From Squalus acanthias (taxonomy: Eukaryota): a stretch of DNA of 64,000 nucleotides. The position numbers and the translations under genes were made by a program. Positions 1-13,085 of this stretch are shown here, piece after piece. The notes beneath the pieces were generated by a model. The model worked only from the letters and a program-made list of their open reading frames with translations, was not told where the DNA came from and searched no databases. The stretch lies in the NCBI GenBank assembly GCA_030390025.1, contig CM059432.1, positions 83,392,001-83,456,000 of the forward strand. Direction: 5' to 3'. Within the stretch, counting starts at the first letter, position 1, and each line of letters starts with the position of its first letter.

Positions 1-866
1 CCTCAGATAATGAAGCAGTCCATGCCTGCATGCAACAAGACCTGGACGACGTTCAGGCCTGGGTTGATAAGTGGCAGGTAACATTCGTGTTACATAAGTG
101 CCAGGCAATGACTATCTCCAACAAGCGAGAGTCAAATCACCGCCTCTTGACATTCAACGGCATTACCATCGCTGAATCCCCCACCATCAACATCCTGGGG
201 GTCACCATTGACCAGAAACTTAACTGGACCAGCCACATAAATACTGTGACAACAAGAGCAGGTCAGAGGCTAGATATTCTGTGGCGAGTGTCTCACCTCC
301 TGACTCCCCAAAGCCTTTCCACCATATACAAGGCACAAGTCAGGAGTGTGATGGAATACTCTCCACTTGCCTGGATAAGTGCAGCTCCAACAACACTCAA
401 GAAGCTCGACACCATCCAGGACAAAGCAGCCTGCTTGATGTGCATCCCATCCATCACCTCAAACATTCACTCCCTCCACCACCGGCGCACTATGGCTGCA
501 GTGTGTATCATCTACAAATGCACTGCAGCAACTCGCCAAGGCTTCTTCGGCAGCACCTCCCAAACCCGCGACCTCTTCCACCTAGAAGGACAAGGGCAGC
601 AGGCACATTGGGAATACCACCACCTCCAAGTTCCCCTCCAAGTCACTCACCATCCTGACTTGGAAGTATATCGCCGATCCTTCATCATCGCTGGGTCAAA
701 ATCCTGGAACTCCCTACCTAACAGCACTGTGGGAGTACCTTCACCACACGGACTGCAGCGCTTCAAGAAGGCGGCTCACCACCTCCTTCTCGAGGGCAAT
801 TAGGGATGGGCAATAAATGCTGGCTTTGCCAGCGACGCCCACATCCCATGAATGAATTTTATAAAA
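1..866 (+). mobile_element. 3' end of a CR1-group LINE (family A): RT C-terminus plus 3' UTR; runs off the window start
   Basis: ORF 30-803 (QQDLDDVQAW..KWQVTF..ILGVTIDQKLNW) is the C-terminus of a non-LTR RT. Near-identical copies occur at 2135-3335, 19695-20808 and 61945-64000. The 3' UTR holds the hairpin GGGATGGGC-AATAAA-TGCTGGC..GCCAGC..GCCCACATCCC. Confidence 0.9.
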
Positions 867-1828
867 GGCCCCGCTTCAGTAAGGAGGTAGTCACAGAGCT
901 CTGCCACCTCCTGCAGCCAGAGCTCCAGCCTCAGCTCAGGACCAGGACGTCTCAGTGGCAATGAAGGTCACAGTCACTCTCAATTTCTACGCCAGTGGCT
1001 CCTTCCAAGCTTCAACAGGGGATATTGCAAGCATTTCACAGTTCGCCGTCCATTGCTGCATCCTGGAGTTGACAGATGCACTGTACAGAAGGAGAAGGGA
1101 GTACATCTCATTCCTCATGACCAGAGACAAACAGCATGAACGCTCATGTGGCCTCGCAAGGATAGCGGGCTTCCCCATGGTTCAGGGCGCCATTGACTGC
1201 ACCCACGTGGCATTGCGGGCACCTCATCACAATGCAGAGGTGTTCCACAACCACAAAGGCTATCACTCTCTGAATGTGCAGCTGTTGTGCGACCATAGAC
1301 AGCGCATCCTCTCCGTCAATGCCCGCTATCCTGGCAGCAGCCACGATGCATTCATCCTGCGATAGACTGGTGTCCCAGCACTGTTCCTCCCACCACATGG
1401 AACTTGCGGCTGGCTGCTCAGAGACAAGAGTTATCCTCTCGCCACCTGGCTGATGACACCCCTCCGCAACCCCAACACTCCTGCTCAGCACGCATAAAAT
1501 GAGAGCCATAGCGCCACCAGGAACATGATCGAACAGACTATCACCATGTTAAAGCAACGGTTCCACTGTCTTGACTGCTCTGGAGGAGCTCTGCAGTACT
1601 CCCCTGATCGAGTCTTCGTTTTCGTTGTTGTGTGCTGTGTGCTGCATAACCTGGCTATTGCCACCAGGGATTGCAGGTCCACCTCAGGAGGAGGAAGAGG
1701 GACAGGAGGAGGAGGAGGCGGAGGATGAGGATAAAGAGGAGGAGGAGCCGCACCAACATAGGAGGGAGCCGCTCAATGTTGCTTCTTCAAGGGCTGTTTG
1801 TGAATGCCTCATTACACAGCGCTTCTAA
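867..1828 (+). pseudogene. Harbinger DDE transposase, disrupted
   Basis: Motifs [58 protein letters not shown] and CCVLHNLAI, then an acidic tail. In-frame stops at about 1363 and 1495, plus frameshifts. Confidence 0.9.
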
Positions 1829-2134
1829 TAAATGAGATAGCACAAGGCATTTGCACAGAACAACCACATCATTACAGCCAGCTCGCAGCCCCTATGACCA
1901 GGCAAAGCTCAAATGAGAAACATCACAAAATTTGCTCCATCGAAATAAACATTTATTATTCTGCACAACTTTATCTTATCAAACACAACCAATAATAAAC
2001 AAACACAACAATTTATGAACAAACACTACTGGTTCTTAGCAAGCGGAACTATTTCTTACCAAACTGAACAATATATTTACAAACACATCAACTTATGTAC
2101 ACACACTCCCCCCATTTGCTATTAACGTTTTATT

Positions 2135-3335
2135 TGAATTCCAGAGGTGAGGTGAGAGTGATTGCCCTTGACATCAAGGCAGCTTTTGACTGAGTGTGGC
2201 ATCAAAGAGCCCCAATAAAATTAAAGTCAATGGGAATCGGGAGGAAAACTTTCCACTGGCTGGAGTCATACCGAGCACAAAGGAAGATGGTTGTGATGGT
2301 TGATGGTCAATCATCACAGCCCCAGGACATCGCTGCAGGAGTTCCTCAGGGCAGTGTCCTAAGCCCAACCATCTTCAGCTGCTTCATCAATGACCTTCCC
2401 TCCAACATAAGGTCAGAAATGGGTATGTTTGCTGATGACTGCACAGTGTTCAGTGCCATTCACAACTCCTCAGATAATGAAGCAGTCCATGCCCGCATGC
2501 AGCAAGACCTGGATGACGTTCAGGCTTGGGCTGATAAGTGGCAGGTAACATTCGTGTGACACAAGTGCCAGGCAATGACTATCTCCAACAAGCGAGAGTC
2601 TAACCACCTCTCCTTGACATTCAATGGCATTACCATCACCGAATCCCCCACCATCAACATCCTGGGAGTCACCATTAACCAGAAACTTAACTGGACCAGC
2701 CACATAAATACTGTGGCAACAAGAGCAGGTCAGGGGCTAGGTATTCTGCGGCGAGTGTCTCACCTCCTGACCCCCCAAAGCCTTTCCACCATCTACAAGG
2801 CACAACTAAGGAGTTTGATGGAATACCTCCAATTGCTTGGATGAGTGCAGCTCCAACAACACTCAAGAAGCTCGACACCATCCAGGACAAAGCAGCTCGC
2901 TTGATTGGCACCCCATCCACCACCTTAAACATTCACTCCCTCCACCACTGGCGTACCGTGGCTACAATGTGTACCATCTACAAGATGCACTGCAGCAACT
3001 CGCCAAGGCTTCTTCGGCAGCACTTCCCAAACCCGTGACCTCTTCCACCTAGAAGGACAAGGGCAGTAGGCGCACAGGAACACCACCACCTCCAAGTTCC
3101 CCTCCAAGTCACACACCATCCTGACTTAGAAGTATATCGCCGATCCTTCATCGTCGTTGGGTCAAAATCCTGGAACTCCCTACCTAACAGCACTGTGGGA
3201 GTACCTTCACCACACGGACTGCAGCAGTTCAAGAAGGCAGTTCACCACCATCTTCTCAAGGGCAATTAGGGATGGTAATAAATGCTGGCCTTGCCAGCAC
3301 TGCTCACATCCCATAAACAAATTTTTTTTTTTTTT
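2135..3335 (+). mobile_element. 5'-truncated CR1-group LINE (family A)
   Basis: GVPQGSVL and FADD RT motifs; same 3' UTR hairpin as 1-866. Confidence 0.9.
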
Positions 3336-3372
3336 GCTGGGCCTTCCTCAATGATTTCCCTCCCCTTTGCAA

Positions 3373-5209
3373 TTACCCCTTCCCAACCCTACTGCTCCTT
3401 CGTAATGTGGCCCCAGTGGCTGCAGCAAGGTTGGTGGATGGTTGCTGAGTCTGGGAGCCAGAGACTGGAGATGGCCTTGCAGGATGCCCTCGACCAGCTC
3501 TGGGCCTATAAGGCCCGGCTGCAGACTGCACCAACTCAGCATGGGCAGCAGCAGTTTGGGATGGCTGGCTTACAGGCTGCGGCAAGTGCAATGGCAGAGT
3601 GGCAGTGGTGGGAGCAGGAATGCTGTCAACCTGAGAGAGGACAGCACCTTCCTGCTCGACTGACACACTGCCACTCCCCCAGGCCAGAACCTCAGCATCC
3701 GGAGCAATCTGCTTGAGCACAGTTTGCTGGCCTGCTGCGGCACCGTGAGATCCCTGGTGGACAGTGTGTGACCCAACCACGATGGCAGCAGTCAGCGCTT
3801 GCGTGGCATCAATCTGAGACTGCATGAGAGCAGCCTGAGATTGGATGCCACCAACCACTGACTCCATTACAGCACTAAGCCGTTGCGTTGCCTCAGCATG
3901 TGCTGCAATAGCTGCTGCCACCTCACCCATGACACGCGGCATGAGGTCTGTGTCCCCACGGTCTCTCTGCAAGTCAACCATCCTCTGCAAAGTGCCAAGG
4001 ATGGGCTCGATGGTTTGCGCAGAGATGAGAGCACTGCTGGAGGTGGACTCCTCCATGCTCCTAGGCAGTGCATCCATGCTCTCGGGCACCCTTGCCATTG
4101 CACCCATGAGCTCAGTTTGCATGCTCATCGCCTGTGTGGTCATCGCCTCGACATTAAGGTCCTCATCTGAGTCCTGTGCAGCAGAACTCATGCACGCACT
4201 CACCCTCCAGGGAGATGGCCCTCGAGCTTCCCTTTCCCCATGGCGTTGCTGCAGCCCGCTGGGTCCTGGAGCTTAACCCACATCAGAGCCATTTCCTCTG
4301 CTCCCCTCCAGTGACCGGGTAGCCCCATTATCGGATGTCTCAATCTCAGGAGACACAGGCAGTGAGGCTCCGGCTTGGTGTTCCTCCTCTTCTCCCGTGT
4401 CACTGCCACTGGGAGGCTGAGGGACAGGCTGGTCAGATGGTGGCTGATTATCTGAAAGCAGGAAGGCACAAGAGCGGGTTTAACGTCAGGGGAGGGGGGC
4501 AGGAAGGGAGCAAGGAATGGAGATGGTATACTTAGATGGAAAGTGGGAAGGCCTTGTGTTGTGAGGGGGAAGCGGTATGAGAGAAGAGGGAGAGCTGATG
4601 AACATACCGTTGCTGTCCCTAAGGAGGTCGACCTCTCCGACTGCCACAGAGATGATGCTGCGCACTCGCTCCTCCAGCTGTTTAAGGGGGTACAGCTCCG
4701 CCTGACCTCCTCCCGTGTGTTGCTGCTCCCTCCTGTTATGAGCAAGCTTGGCCTGCAAGAAAAAGGACAGCATGTGAGTGAGTGAGTGTGCAGCCATGTG
4801 TTTGGCAGATGTGCCTACCATAGTTGAATAGCTGTTAATGTATGCAAGGCGCGAAATGTGGATGTGACTTTTAGTAGATGGGCATAGTTGGTGAGTGAGT
4901 GTTGGGGATTTGGCGGCTTATACCGTCTGTGCACAGAGTGAGGTTGAGATGGTGGCATGTAGAGGTTTTTGAAACATGTACTCACCCTGACCACCCGAGT
5001 GAGGTCGTTGAACTTCTTGCGGGCGTGAGTCCTGTGGACCACGCTTCTGGCCGAGACGAACTGGGCCACCTCCCTCCACGTCCTTCTGAACTCCTGCGGC
5101 AATGGCCTCCTGCCAGTGTCTGGGAACAGCACTGCCCGCCGGCGTTCCACAGCCGCAACCAGAGCCTCCAATGCCTGGTTGCTCTCTCCCCGGGCCTCTG
5201 ATCAGCCAT
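3373..5209 (-). pseudogene. Harbinger Myb/SANT-like DNA-binding protein gene, 3 exons (5209-4986, 4752-4608, 4451-~3373), frameshifted
   Basis: LEALVAAVERRRAVLF..W.EVA..RKKFNDL followed by a TGGG motif. GT-AG introns (AGG|GTGAGT, TTCTTGCAG|, G|GTATGT, CTTTCAG|) sit at the same positions as in the copy at 48678-50557. Confidence 0.8.
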
Positions 5210-5577
5210 GAGATTTGTGGTTGATGAATTGCAGGTCCTTGCAGGCCCAGGTCACAAGCAGCAATGATCAGAATGAGGCTGTGCAGCACGATTGAACCTC
5301 CCCTTTAAGAACTGTCTGAGTACTTGTAATTGGCAGCGCCTGAACTTGAGTAGCGCTCTGCGGTAGCGCCCCGCTCCCCGACATTAGCGCCCTAAGAGAA
5401 GTGTGTAGCACTTGATTTAGCGCTCCACTGCCCTCTTGGGGCGCTAAAACTGAATTTCGCACTAAAGTTTGCGCCTGGGCGATGTTAGCGCCCCAAAATG
5501 GTTGAGACCGAATTTTTCCTCCCTTGAGTCTATGTTGCCTTATATTTCCAAAACATTTTTCTCTTTTTGTTTTAAAG

Positions 5578-5765
5578 GTTCATAAAAGCACTTGCTTCTG
5601 GATACAAGGCAGCATTCAAACAAAAAAACATTCACCCCGATGTCATTGGTGCAGCAACAGACTTGAGCATGTTACGATTGTTTGAGGCATTTTTGGAAAC
5701 CGCACCTCAACTTGTTCTTCAGACCTTCATCCTGCTGGAGTCTGATGACAGAGACTATATTCAGT
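5578..5765 (+). CDS. XKR9: XK-related protein 9, penultimate coding exon
   Basis: Polypyrimidine tract and AG at 5576-5577; GTAAGT donor at 5766. Translation FIKALASGYKAAFK..TDLSMLRLFEAFLETAPQLVLQTFILLE matches the XK-family signature. Its phase-1 end joins 13944 in frame (T|AT = Tyr). This exon is missing from the ORF track. Confidence 0.92.
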
Positions 5766-6299
5766 GTAAGTTTGTTTGATGCTGTTTTTATTTAAAATGT
5801 CACTGACTCTAGGTACCATTGTTTGAAGAACTGGAATTATGGATTATTTAGGGTAGACTTTCCTGGGTTTAATACAATTAGCACCTATCTTATAACATAA
5901 AGTAAAATTGTGTGCTATCCCACAGTGCTCATTTAGTGTCACAAAAGCACTACCCGTGTTTTTCCTGTTGCCAGGGTAGAATTTCTGCGGCAATTCACTG
6001 ATCTCCCACTGTAACTTTGGTTCAGCATTGGTTGAAGCCCTGGAGTAACGGTGTAAATGGCAAATTACACCATTTCTTTGGGGTGTCTGCTGATCATCCA
6101 TCAAAGATTGGGAACCCCCCTACTGACATTACTGGCAGCCAAATTTAGCACCTGCACATTTTTGCACCTTGTGGGGTGGGGTGGGGGGACTGTGATCCCA
6201 TGTTAATGCGGTCTAGATGTTGTCACAGTATCTTAGGCTCCATTATCCTGTATTTGTTCCAGATGCCGGTCAGATGCTGCTTCTCCCCATACAAATTGA

Positions 6300-6510
6300 G
6301 TGCTATCTGGTTTTCCAGGGAGGTGGTCAGAGAAATTTGTGACCTCCCGAGAGAAGGCTTGAAACCATGGAGCAGGGATAGCTCATGACACTATAAAATT
6401 TCCATGCATCAGGAACTTTTCAAGGGGTGACAGGAGACATGGCAAACAATAGCCAGTCAGCAGAGCACCACCATATAGCCTGAGTCACGCATTCACTGCT
6501 CCAAGGGGCA
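6300..6510 (+). pseudogene. Older, diverged Harbinger transposase N-terminal fragment
   Basis: FSREVVREICDL and ASGTFQGVTGDMANNSQSA parallel FSKEVVTELCHL and ASGSFQASTGDIASISQ in copy 1. Confidence 0.55.
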
Positions 6511-6944
6511 AACAGAGCCACCATATTAACCTCGATCTGCCCCCTCCGAAAAATATCTGTACCCCAGCCTACTCAAACTCCCATCAGTTATCATCTAAAA
6601 GAATTCAGAACAATAACATAAAAAAACATTTACAGTGCTCCAATACTCTTTATTTACATATCCATTTACCAATCTCTAAATGATTTTCACACCATGCATA
6701 CCATTTCGATAATGAGGTATTTTTTGTGTTCTACTCCTATCCTTGTGCTTCTATTTATTACGACCCATAAGACAGGAATGTGGCTGGAGGCTGGCAGCTG
6801 ACTCTCTCCGTATCTGGCTCCTGGGATTGAGGCGGTTCTCAATCTGTGTATGCTCGGGACCCAGAAATTCAAGCCTCAGGCTGCGACTCCTCCTTGTTGG
6901 GGGTAATGGGGCAACAGTCTAGCCCTGCCTGCTCTCAATCTCAG

Positions 6945-9900
6945 TAGCAGTCATAGTGATAGGGGATTCATTGGTTAGGGGAACAGACAGGCGTTTCTGT
7001 GGACACAGACGTGACTCCAGGATGGTATGTTGCCTCCCTGGTGCCAGGGTCAAGGATGTCACTGAGCGGTTGCAGGACACTCTGAGGGGAGAGGGTGAAC
7101 AGCCAGAGGTCGTTGTCCACATTGGTACCAATGACATAGGCAGGAAAAGGGATGAGGTCCTGTAGGCAGACTATAGGGAGCTGGGAAAGAGATTAAAAAG
7201 CAGGACCTCAAAGGTAGTAATCTCCGGATTACTCCCAGTGCCATGTGTTAGTGAGTACAGGAATAGGAGGATAGAACAAATGAATGCGTGGCTGGAGAGA
7301 TGGTACAGGAGGGAGGGCTTTAGATTCCTGAGGCATTGCGACCGTTTCTGGGGAAGGTGGAACCTGTACAAGCCGGACAGGTTACACCTCAACAGAGTCG
7401 GGACCAATATTCTCACAGGGAGGTTTGCCAGTGCTGTTGGGGAGGAATTAAACTAGCTTGGCAGGGGGATGGGCACCAGCATAAAGGAGTAGAAAAGAGA
7501 AATAAGGTGCATAAAAGAGTGAGTGTGTTGGATAGTACTAGAGAAGATAGTACTGGAGGCGGTAGTAGTACCATATTAGATAAGAGCAGACTAAGAAAGA
7601 CTACAAAAAATTCAAAAATGGGTTTAGAATGCATGTACGTAAACGCACAAAGTGTGGTGAATAAGGTTGGTGAGCTACAAGCACAATTAGCCGTGTGGCA
7701 ATATGATGTTGTGGCAATAACGGAAACGTGGCTTAAAAACGGTGAGGACTGGGCACTTAATATTCATGGGTACAAGGTGTTCAGAAAAGATAGGGAAGGA
7801 AAAATGGGTGGTGGGGTGGCAGTGCTGATTAAGGAAGACATTGTAGTGTTGGAAAGGGAGGATGTTCTGGAGGGGACAAGGACAGAATCCATTTGGTTAG
7901 AGTTGAGGAGCAAAAAGGGTATGATCATGCTATTGGGGGTATTCTACTGGCCTCCAAATAGTGAGAGGGAGGTAGAGGAGCAAATCTGCAGGGAAATCGC
8001 AGAGATATGCAAGAGCTATAGGGGGAAAAATTCAGTTGGTTGCGCCTCCCGTTAGCGCCTTAAGAGGACGCTAATGGGGCGCAAAGCACCTAGCGCCCAG
8101 GCGCGGCGATGTTTGCGCCGCTCGCGAAATTAACTAGACATTTTGCGGCGGCGCTAAACACTACTGCCATGATCTCCTGCGCCGGCAGATCGTGACGTCA
8201 GTCGAGTGCGCAACACCCCGGTATCGTCCCGGAGCAGATATTGAGTGGCGCCCCCTGTCTTACCACCTGACGCTAGCAACGACAGGTTGAGGGGAGCATT
8301 TTGCAGTCATGAAGGGACTGGGGGAGCGCTATTTAAAGGCGACCGCTTCCTGCCTTTTATTGTTGGTGCCATTTTTGAACCACGCATTCTGAGAGAGAGA
8401 GAGAGAGAGAGACTTCTGGAGAGATTCAACGCTGTGTGAAGGAGTTTTGGGTACTGAGCAGCACTTTGCAGGTTCATTTTGATTTGCCATTCCTTGTATC
8501 GATTTAGAAGAGACTGTGGGGGCTGCACTCTAAGCTCTTTCCCTAGTACTCTCCATTGTTCTTTCCAGCAGATTTGATGTGCAGGTCTCTCCAGGCCGGG
8601 ATTCAAGGCTGTAATGAGCAGGATGTGGATGGAAAGCAAGATCAACCATCCCCTTTAAGAACTGGCCGGTGCCATTGTGTGTGTGTTCCATTGCTGACTG
8701 ACATCACATGAGCTTCGCCAGCGCTCTGAGATAGCGCCTCGCTCCTCGGCCTTAGCGCCTTAAGACAGGTGTGAAGCGCCTGATTTAGCGCTCCAATCAC
8801 CTCTAGGGGCGATAAAAGTCAAGTTTGCAGTCGGTGGCGATAATTAGCGCCAGGCGCTAATCTTTGCGCCCGGCCGATAATTGCGCCCCAAATGGGGCAA
8901 TACTGAATTTCTCCCCCATAGAGTGGTAATATTGGGGGACTTTAATTACCCAAATATAGATTGAGATAATGCTTGGGTAAAGGGAAAGGAGGGGGAGGAA
9001 TTTCTGAAATGTGTTCAGGAGAATTTCCTTGACCAGTATGTTCTTGGCCCAACTAGGAAGGAGGCATTGCTGGATCTGGTGTTGGGGAATGAGGTGGGCC
9101 AGGTCGACCAAGTGTCTGTGGGAGAACACTTGGGTACGAGTGATCATCGTATCATAAGATTTAGATTTGCAATGGAGAGGAGCAAGGAACAATCGAGAGT
9201 GGAACTTCTAAACTGGAATAGAGCTAACTTTAATGGGATGCGAAAGGATCTAGCCAGGGTAAAATGGAACCAAAGACTAACAGGAAAAACTGTAATGGAA
9301 CAATAGATGATCTTCAAGGAGGAGATGTTCCAAGTACAGGCTAGATACAGTCCAACAAGAGGGAAGGGTAAGGGAACCAAAGCAAGGGCTCCTTGGATGA
9401 CGAGGGAGATAGAGAAGATGATGAAACAAAAAAAGAGGGTGTATGATGAATGTCAGGTGAATTCTTCAAGGGAGAACTAGACCAAATACAATAAATTGAG
9501 AGGGGAAGTGAAGATGAAAATAAGATTGGCAAAGAGAGAATATGAGAGTAGAATGGCGATTAACATAAAAGAGAGCCCAAAAATCTTCTACCGGCATGTA
9601 AACAGTAAGCGGGTAGTAAGAGGCAGGGTGGGGCCTATTAGGGACAAAGAAGGTGTTATATGCTTAGAGGCGCAGGGCAAGGTTAGAGTACTCAATGAGT
9701 ACTTTGTATTGGTGTTTACTAAGGAGGTGGATGCTGACAAAATATCTGTAGATGTGTAAAATTTAGAAGCAATGGAAGGGGTGAAAATTGATAGACAGGA
9801 TGTACTAGAAAGGCTGGGTATGCTTAGAGTGGATAAGTCGCCTGGTCCAGATGACTTGCATCCCAGGTTGCTAAGGGAATTGGGGGAGGAGGTAGCAGAA

Positions 9901-11398
9901 GGGCTTGCCATAATTTTCCAATCTTCCCTAGATGCGGGGGAGGTGCCTCAGGATTGGAAAGTGGCAAATGTGACACCAATGTTCAAGAAAGGGTGTAAAG
10001 ACAATCCTAGTAATTACAGGCTGGTTAGTTTAACATCAGTGGTGGGTAAAATTTTAGAAACAATAATCAAGGAAAAAATTAACAGTCACTTGGAGAGGTT
10101 TAAGCTAAATAAGGAGAGCCAACACGGATTTGTAAAAGGCAGATTGTGTTTGACTAATCTAATTGAATTTTTTGATGAAGTAACAGGGAGGATTGATGAA
10201 GGGAATGCAATGGATGTTGTCTACATGGATTTTAGGAAGGTGTTTATAAAGTACCACATAGAAGAGGCTCATGGAATAGGTGGGTCTCAGTGGCAGCTTG
10301 GATAAGGAATTGGCTTAAGGACAGAAAACAGTGAGTTGTGGTAAATGGCTGTTTTTCAGACTGGAGGATGGTAGACAGTGGTGTTCCCCAAGGGTCAGTG
10401 CTGGGGCCACTGCTTTTTTGATATATATAAATGATCTGGATATTGGAATACAGAGTAGAATTTCTAAATTTGCCGATGACACCAAACTTGGGGGTGTGGC
10501 AAACAGTGAGGATGATACCAATCGACTGCAACAGGACATAGAAAGGCTAGCAGAATGGGCAGACAAGTGGCAGATGGAATTTAATACAGAGAAGTGTGAG
10601 GTGATGCATTTTGGCAGAAGGAACAGGGAAAGGCAATATACACTTAATGGCACAGTTTTAAAGAGTGTGCAGGGACAGAGGGACCTGGGAGTTAATGTGC
10701 ATAGGTCCCTGAAGGTGGCAGGACATATTGAGAGAGTGATTAGCAAAGCATATGGGATCTTGGGCTTCATAAATAGAGGTATTGAGTACAAAAGTAGAGA
10801 AGTTATGCTGAACCTTTATAAAGCGCTGGTTAGGCCACAACTGGAGTATTGCGTCCAGTTCTGGTCACCACACTTTAGGAAGGATGTGAAGGCACTTGAG
10901 AGGGTGCAGAGGAGATTTACCAGAATGGTTCCAGGGATGGGGATCTTAGCTACAAGGATAGGTTGGAGAAGCTTGATTTGTTTTCATTAGAGCCAAGGAG
11001 GTTGAAGGGTGATTTGTTAGAGGTGTTTAAGATTATGACGGGTTTGGATAGGCTAGACAGGGAAAAGGCTGTTCCCACTAGTTGATGGTACAAGGACTAG
11101 GGGACACAGATTTAAGGTTTTGGGCAAGAGATACAGGGGGGATGTGAGGAAAAACTTTTTTACGCAGCAAGTGGTGAGGACCTGGAACTCGCTGCTGACG
11201 GAAGTGGTGGAAGCGCAGACACTCAATGTTTTCAAGGGGAGACTGGATAGGCACTTGAGGGAAATAAACTTGCAGGGCTATGGGGATAGAGCGGGGGAAT
11301 AGGACTGACTGGATTGCTCTACAGAGAGCTGGCACGGACTCGATGGGCCGAATGGCCTCCTTCTGTGCCGTTATGACTCTATGACTCAATGACTCAAT
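6945..11398 (+). mobile_element. CR1 LINE, 5'-truncated: ORF1 esterase, ORF2 EN-RT and (ATGACTCW)n tail
   Basis: ORF1 motifs IGDSLVRG..VHIGTND. EN motifs YVNAQS..ITETWL. RT motifs SPGPD, QHGF, FADD and RPQLEYCVQFW. Many stops; interrupted by the MITE at 8021-8917. Confidence 0.92.
8021..8917. mobile_element. Non-autonomous Harbinger MITE
   Basis: TIRs GGGGGAAAAATTCAGT / ACTGAATTTCTCCCCC and a 3-bp TSD ATA. Removing it restores the CR1 frame (CKSYRVVILGD). Its right end is homologous to 5299-5523. Confidence 0.9.
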
Positions 11399-11599
11399 GG
11401 AAGAGGGTTTTGGACTTGCTGATGGTATTGCAGGCTTCAGAATGTGTGGCATCCATGAACAAAGACCGCATGTCATCCCTGGTCGTGGCCTCATTGCCAC
11501 CATGTGAGCTGATTAGTGTGAGAACTGACCCAACAGCATTGGTGACACTCCCAACGCCTATGATATAAGATCATAGCTGATTTGTTCTAGTCCTATGGT

Positions 11600-12111
11600 G
11601 TATTTTAGCTGCTGGTGTCCTTGCAGCACACGGCACAACTCAGCATCTAGCTTTCTGCTGACCTGGAGCCTGTGAACCCAGTTCCCAATGGTCATTACCA
11701 GGTAGGTGTGTCAGGGCCTGTTCATGTAGTTGGTAGGATCTTGGCGGGTTTGGTTATGCTGGCTGTTGACCACCAAACTATACCTGCTTTCAAGCCACTT
11801 AATACATACCATGCTGTGATTGGAATGCTTCCAAAGACCGATCCAGCATAATGGTTAGGCAGGCCCTCACAAATAATATTTGTGCCATCAAGTCTACTGT
11901 CATGGAATTGGAGCCTCTGCATGCAGTAATCCTCTGATATAGCAAGGTATGTGCACCTTTGTCTGAAGATACGGGTAAACGGTACCAGCAGATGGACAAA
12001 GTATGCCTCCGTGCAGCCTAACCTGTCTAGCATCCCTTTGTTGGTCATCCTCTTCTCCCATTGGAAAACCCATCGTGATATTATTGGGGCTGTGGGAAAA
12101 AAAGGCAGCAA
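11600..12111 (-). pseudogene. Highly decayed Harbinger transposase fragment
   Basis: RIFRQRCTYLAISEDYCMQRLQF resembles RVFREHFSYIHLSEELCISRICF at about 46400-46475. Confidence 0.5.
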
Positions 12112-12282
12112 CAGAACAATTGCTACAAAGCCTAATTGGCAGCAGAAAAAAAATCTATCAAAGAAAATGGTTACAAAATTGATTGGCTTAATCCTCTTGC
12201 TAGGCTCTTTAAATGAACTTGCTCATACAGCTCATTCCCTAGCAACCATATACGTCATTTCATTTGGGTGTTTACTTCACTC

Positions 12283-12870
12283 CAGAGCATGGTACATCGG
12301 CGAGACCATGCAGACACTGAGACAACGTATGAACGGACACCGCGCAACAATCGCCAGGCAGGAGGGTTGCCTCCCAGTCGGGGAACACTTCAGCAGCCAG
12401 GGGCATTCAGCCTCGGATCTGCGGGTAAGCGTTCTCCAAGGCGGCCTTCGAGATACACGACAGCGCAAAATCATAGAGCAGAAACTGATAGCCAAGTTCC
12501 GCACTCATGAGGATGGCCTCAATCGCGATATCGGGTTCATGTCACGATACAGAACGTGACTTGACATCATGGCCGGTCTTCCCAGGGGTTTTTTTTTTTT
12601 AAAAAGACTAACACAAGAACACAAATTGACAGGATATGCAGCCAGCAGGTGGTTTGACACGTTGGACCCCCTGGGACACATCTCGTTGTCTTGGCTGTGC
12701 TCTTTGTTGTAGGGAATAATGTGAATAGATTTTGTCTGGGTTTAAATTGTGAATTCTGGGAGATTCTCTCATTGCTAACTTACCTGACGAAGGAGCGAAC
12801 TGCTTCGAAAGCTTGTAAAATTAAATAAATCTGTTGGACTATAACCTGGTGTTGTGCGACTTCTCATTTT
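12283..12870 (+). mobile_element. 5'-truncated Penelope-like element (GIY-YIG endonuclease C-terminus plus pseudo-LTR)
   Basis: YIGETMQTLRQRMNGH..PVGEHF..EQKLIAKF..GLNRD, stop at 12559. Exact 12-bp TSD TTTACTTCACTC at 12271-12282 and 12871-12882. Confidence 0.9.
12780..12818 (+). ncRNA. Minimal type I hammerhead ribozyme in the Penelope pLTR
   Basis: TTAC-CTGACGA-A-GGAGC(gaact)GCTTC-GAAA-GC-TT-GTAA: conserved core, stem I TTAC/GTAA, 5-bp stem II and palindromic AAGCTT stem III. Confidence 0.8.
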
Positions 12871-13085
12871 TTTACTTCACTCAATGCACTGCACAAACAT
12901 CAGAAAACTGTGTGAATGTCAAAGTGACGTAATTTGATTTAGATATTGTTTCAAGCAGCAGCTTCCTGCTCCTATTTCATTCACTGCCATAAATGCGCAT
13001 GATGTGTAAAGTAGATGGAGAGTCTATGTTAAAAATCTACGCTCAGTTTTCCAATTAGGTTCGCCCAGTACACATCCATTTAGAA

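Larger units (their letters stand above)
867..5523. mobile_element. Decayed PIF/Harbinger DNA transposon, copy 1: convergent transposase (+) and Myb/SANT gene (-); left part interrupted by a LINE
   Basis: Two-gene Harbinger layout. The right end GAATTTTTCCTCCC resembles the TIR of the MITE at 8021-8917. Subterminal TAGCGCC repeats are present. A LINE is inserted at 2135-3335. Confidence 0.85.

Noticed and set aside
867..1828. Domesticated HARBI1/NAIF1 host genes
   Set aside because: Multiple copies with stops, frameshifts and transposon ends.
8388..8412. (GA)n and (TA)n (about 15329-15349) microsatellites
   Set aside because: Ordinary simple repeats.
11951..12559. 202-aa novel GIY-YIG protein
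   Set aside because: Chance read-in: only 12283-12559 is Penelope-derived, and the upstream part crosses the TSD.
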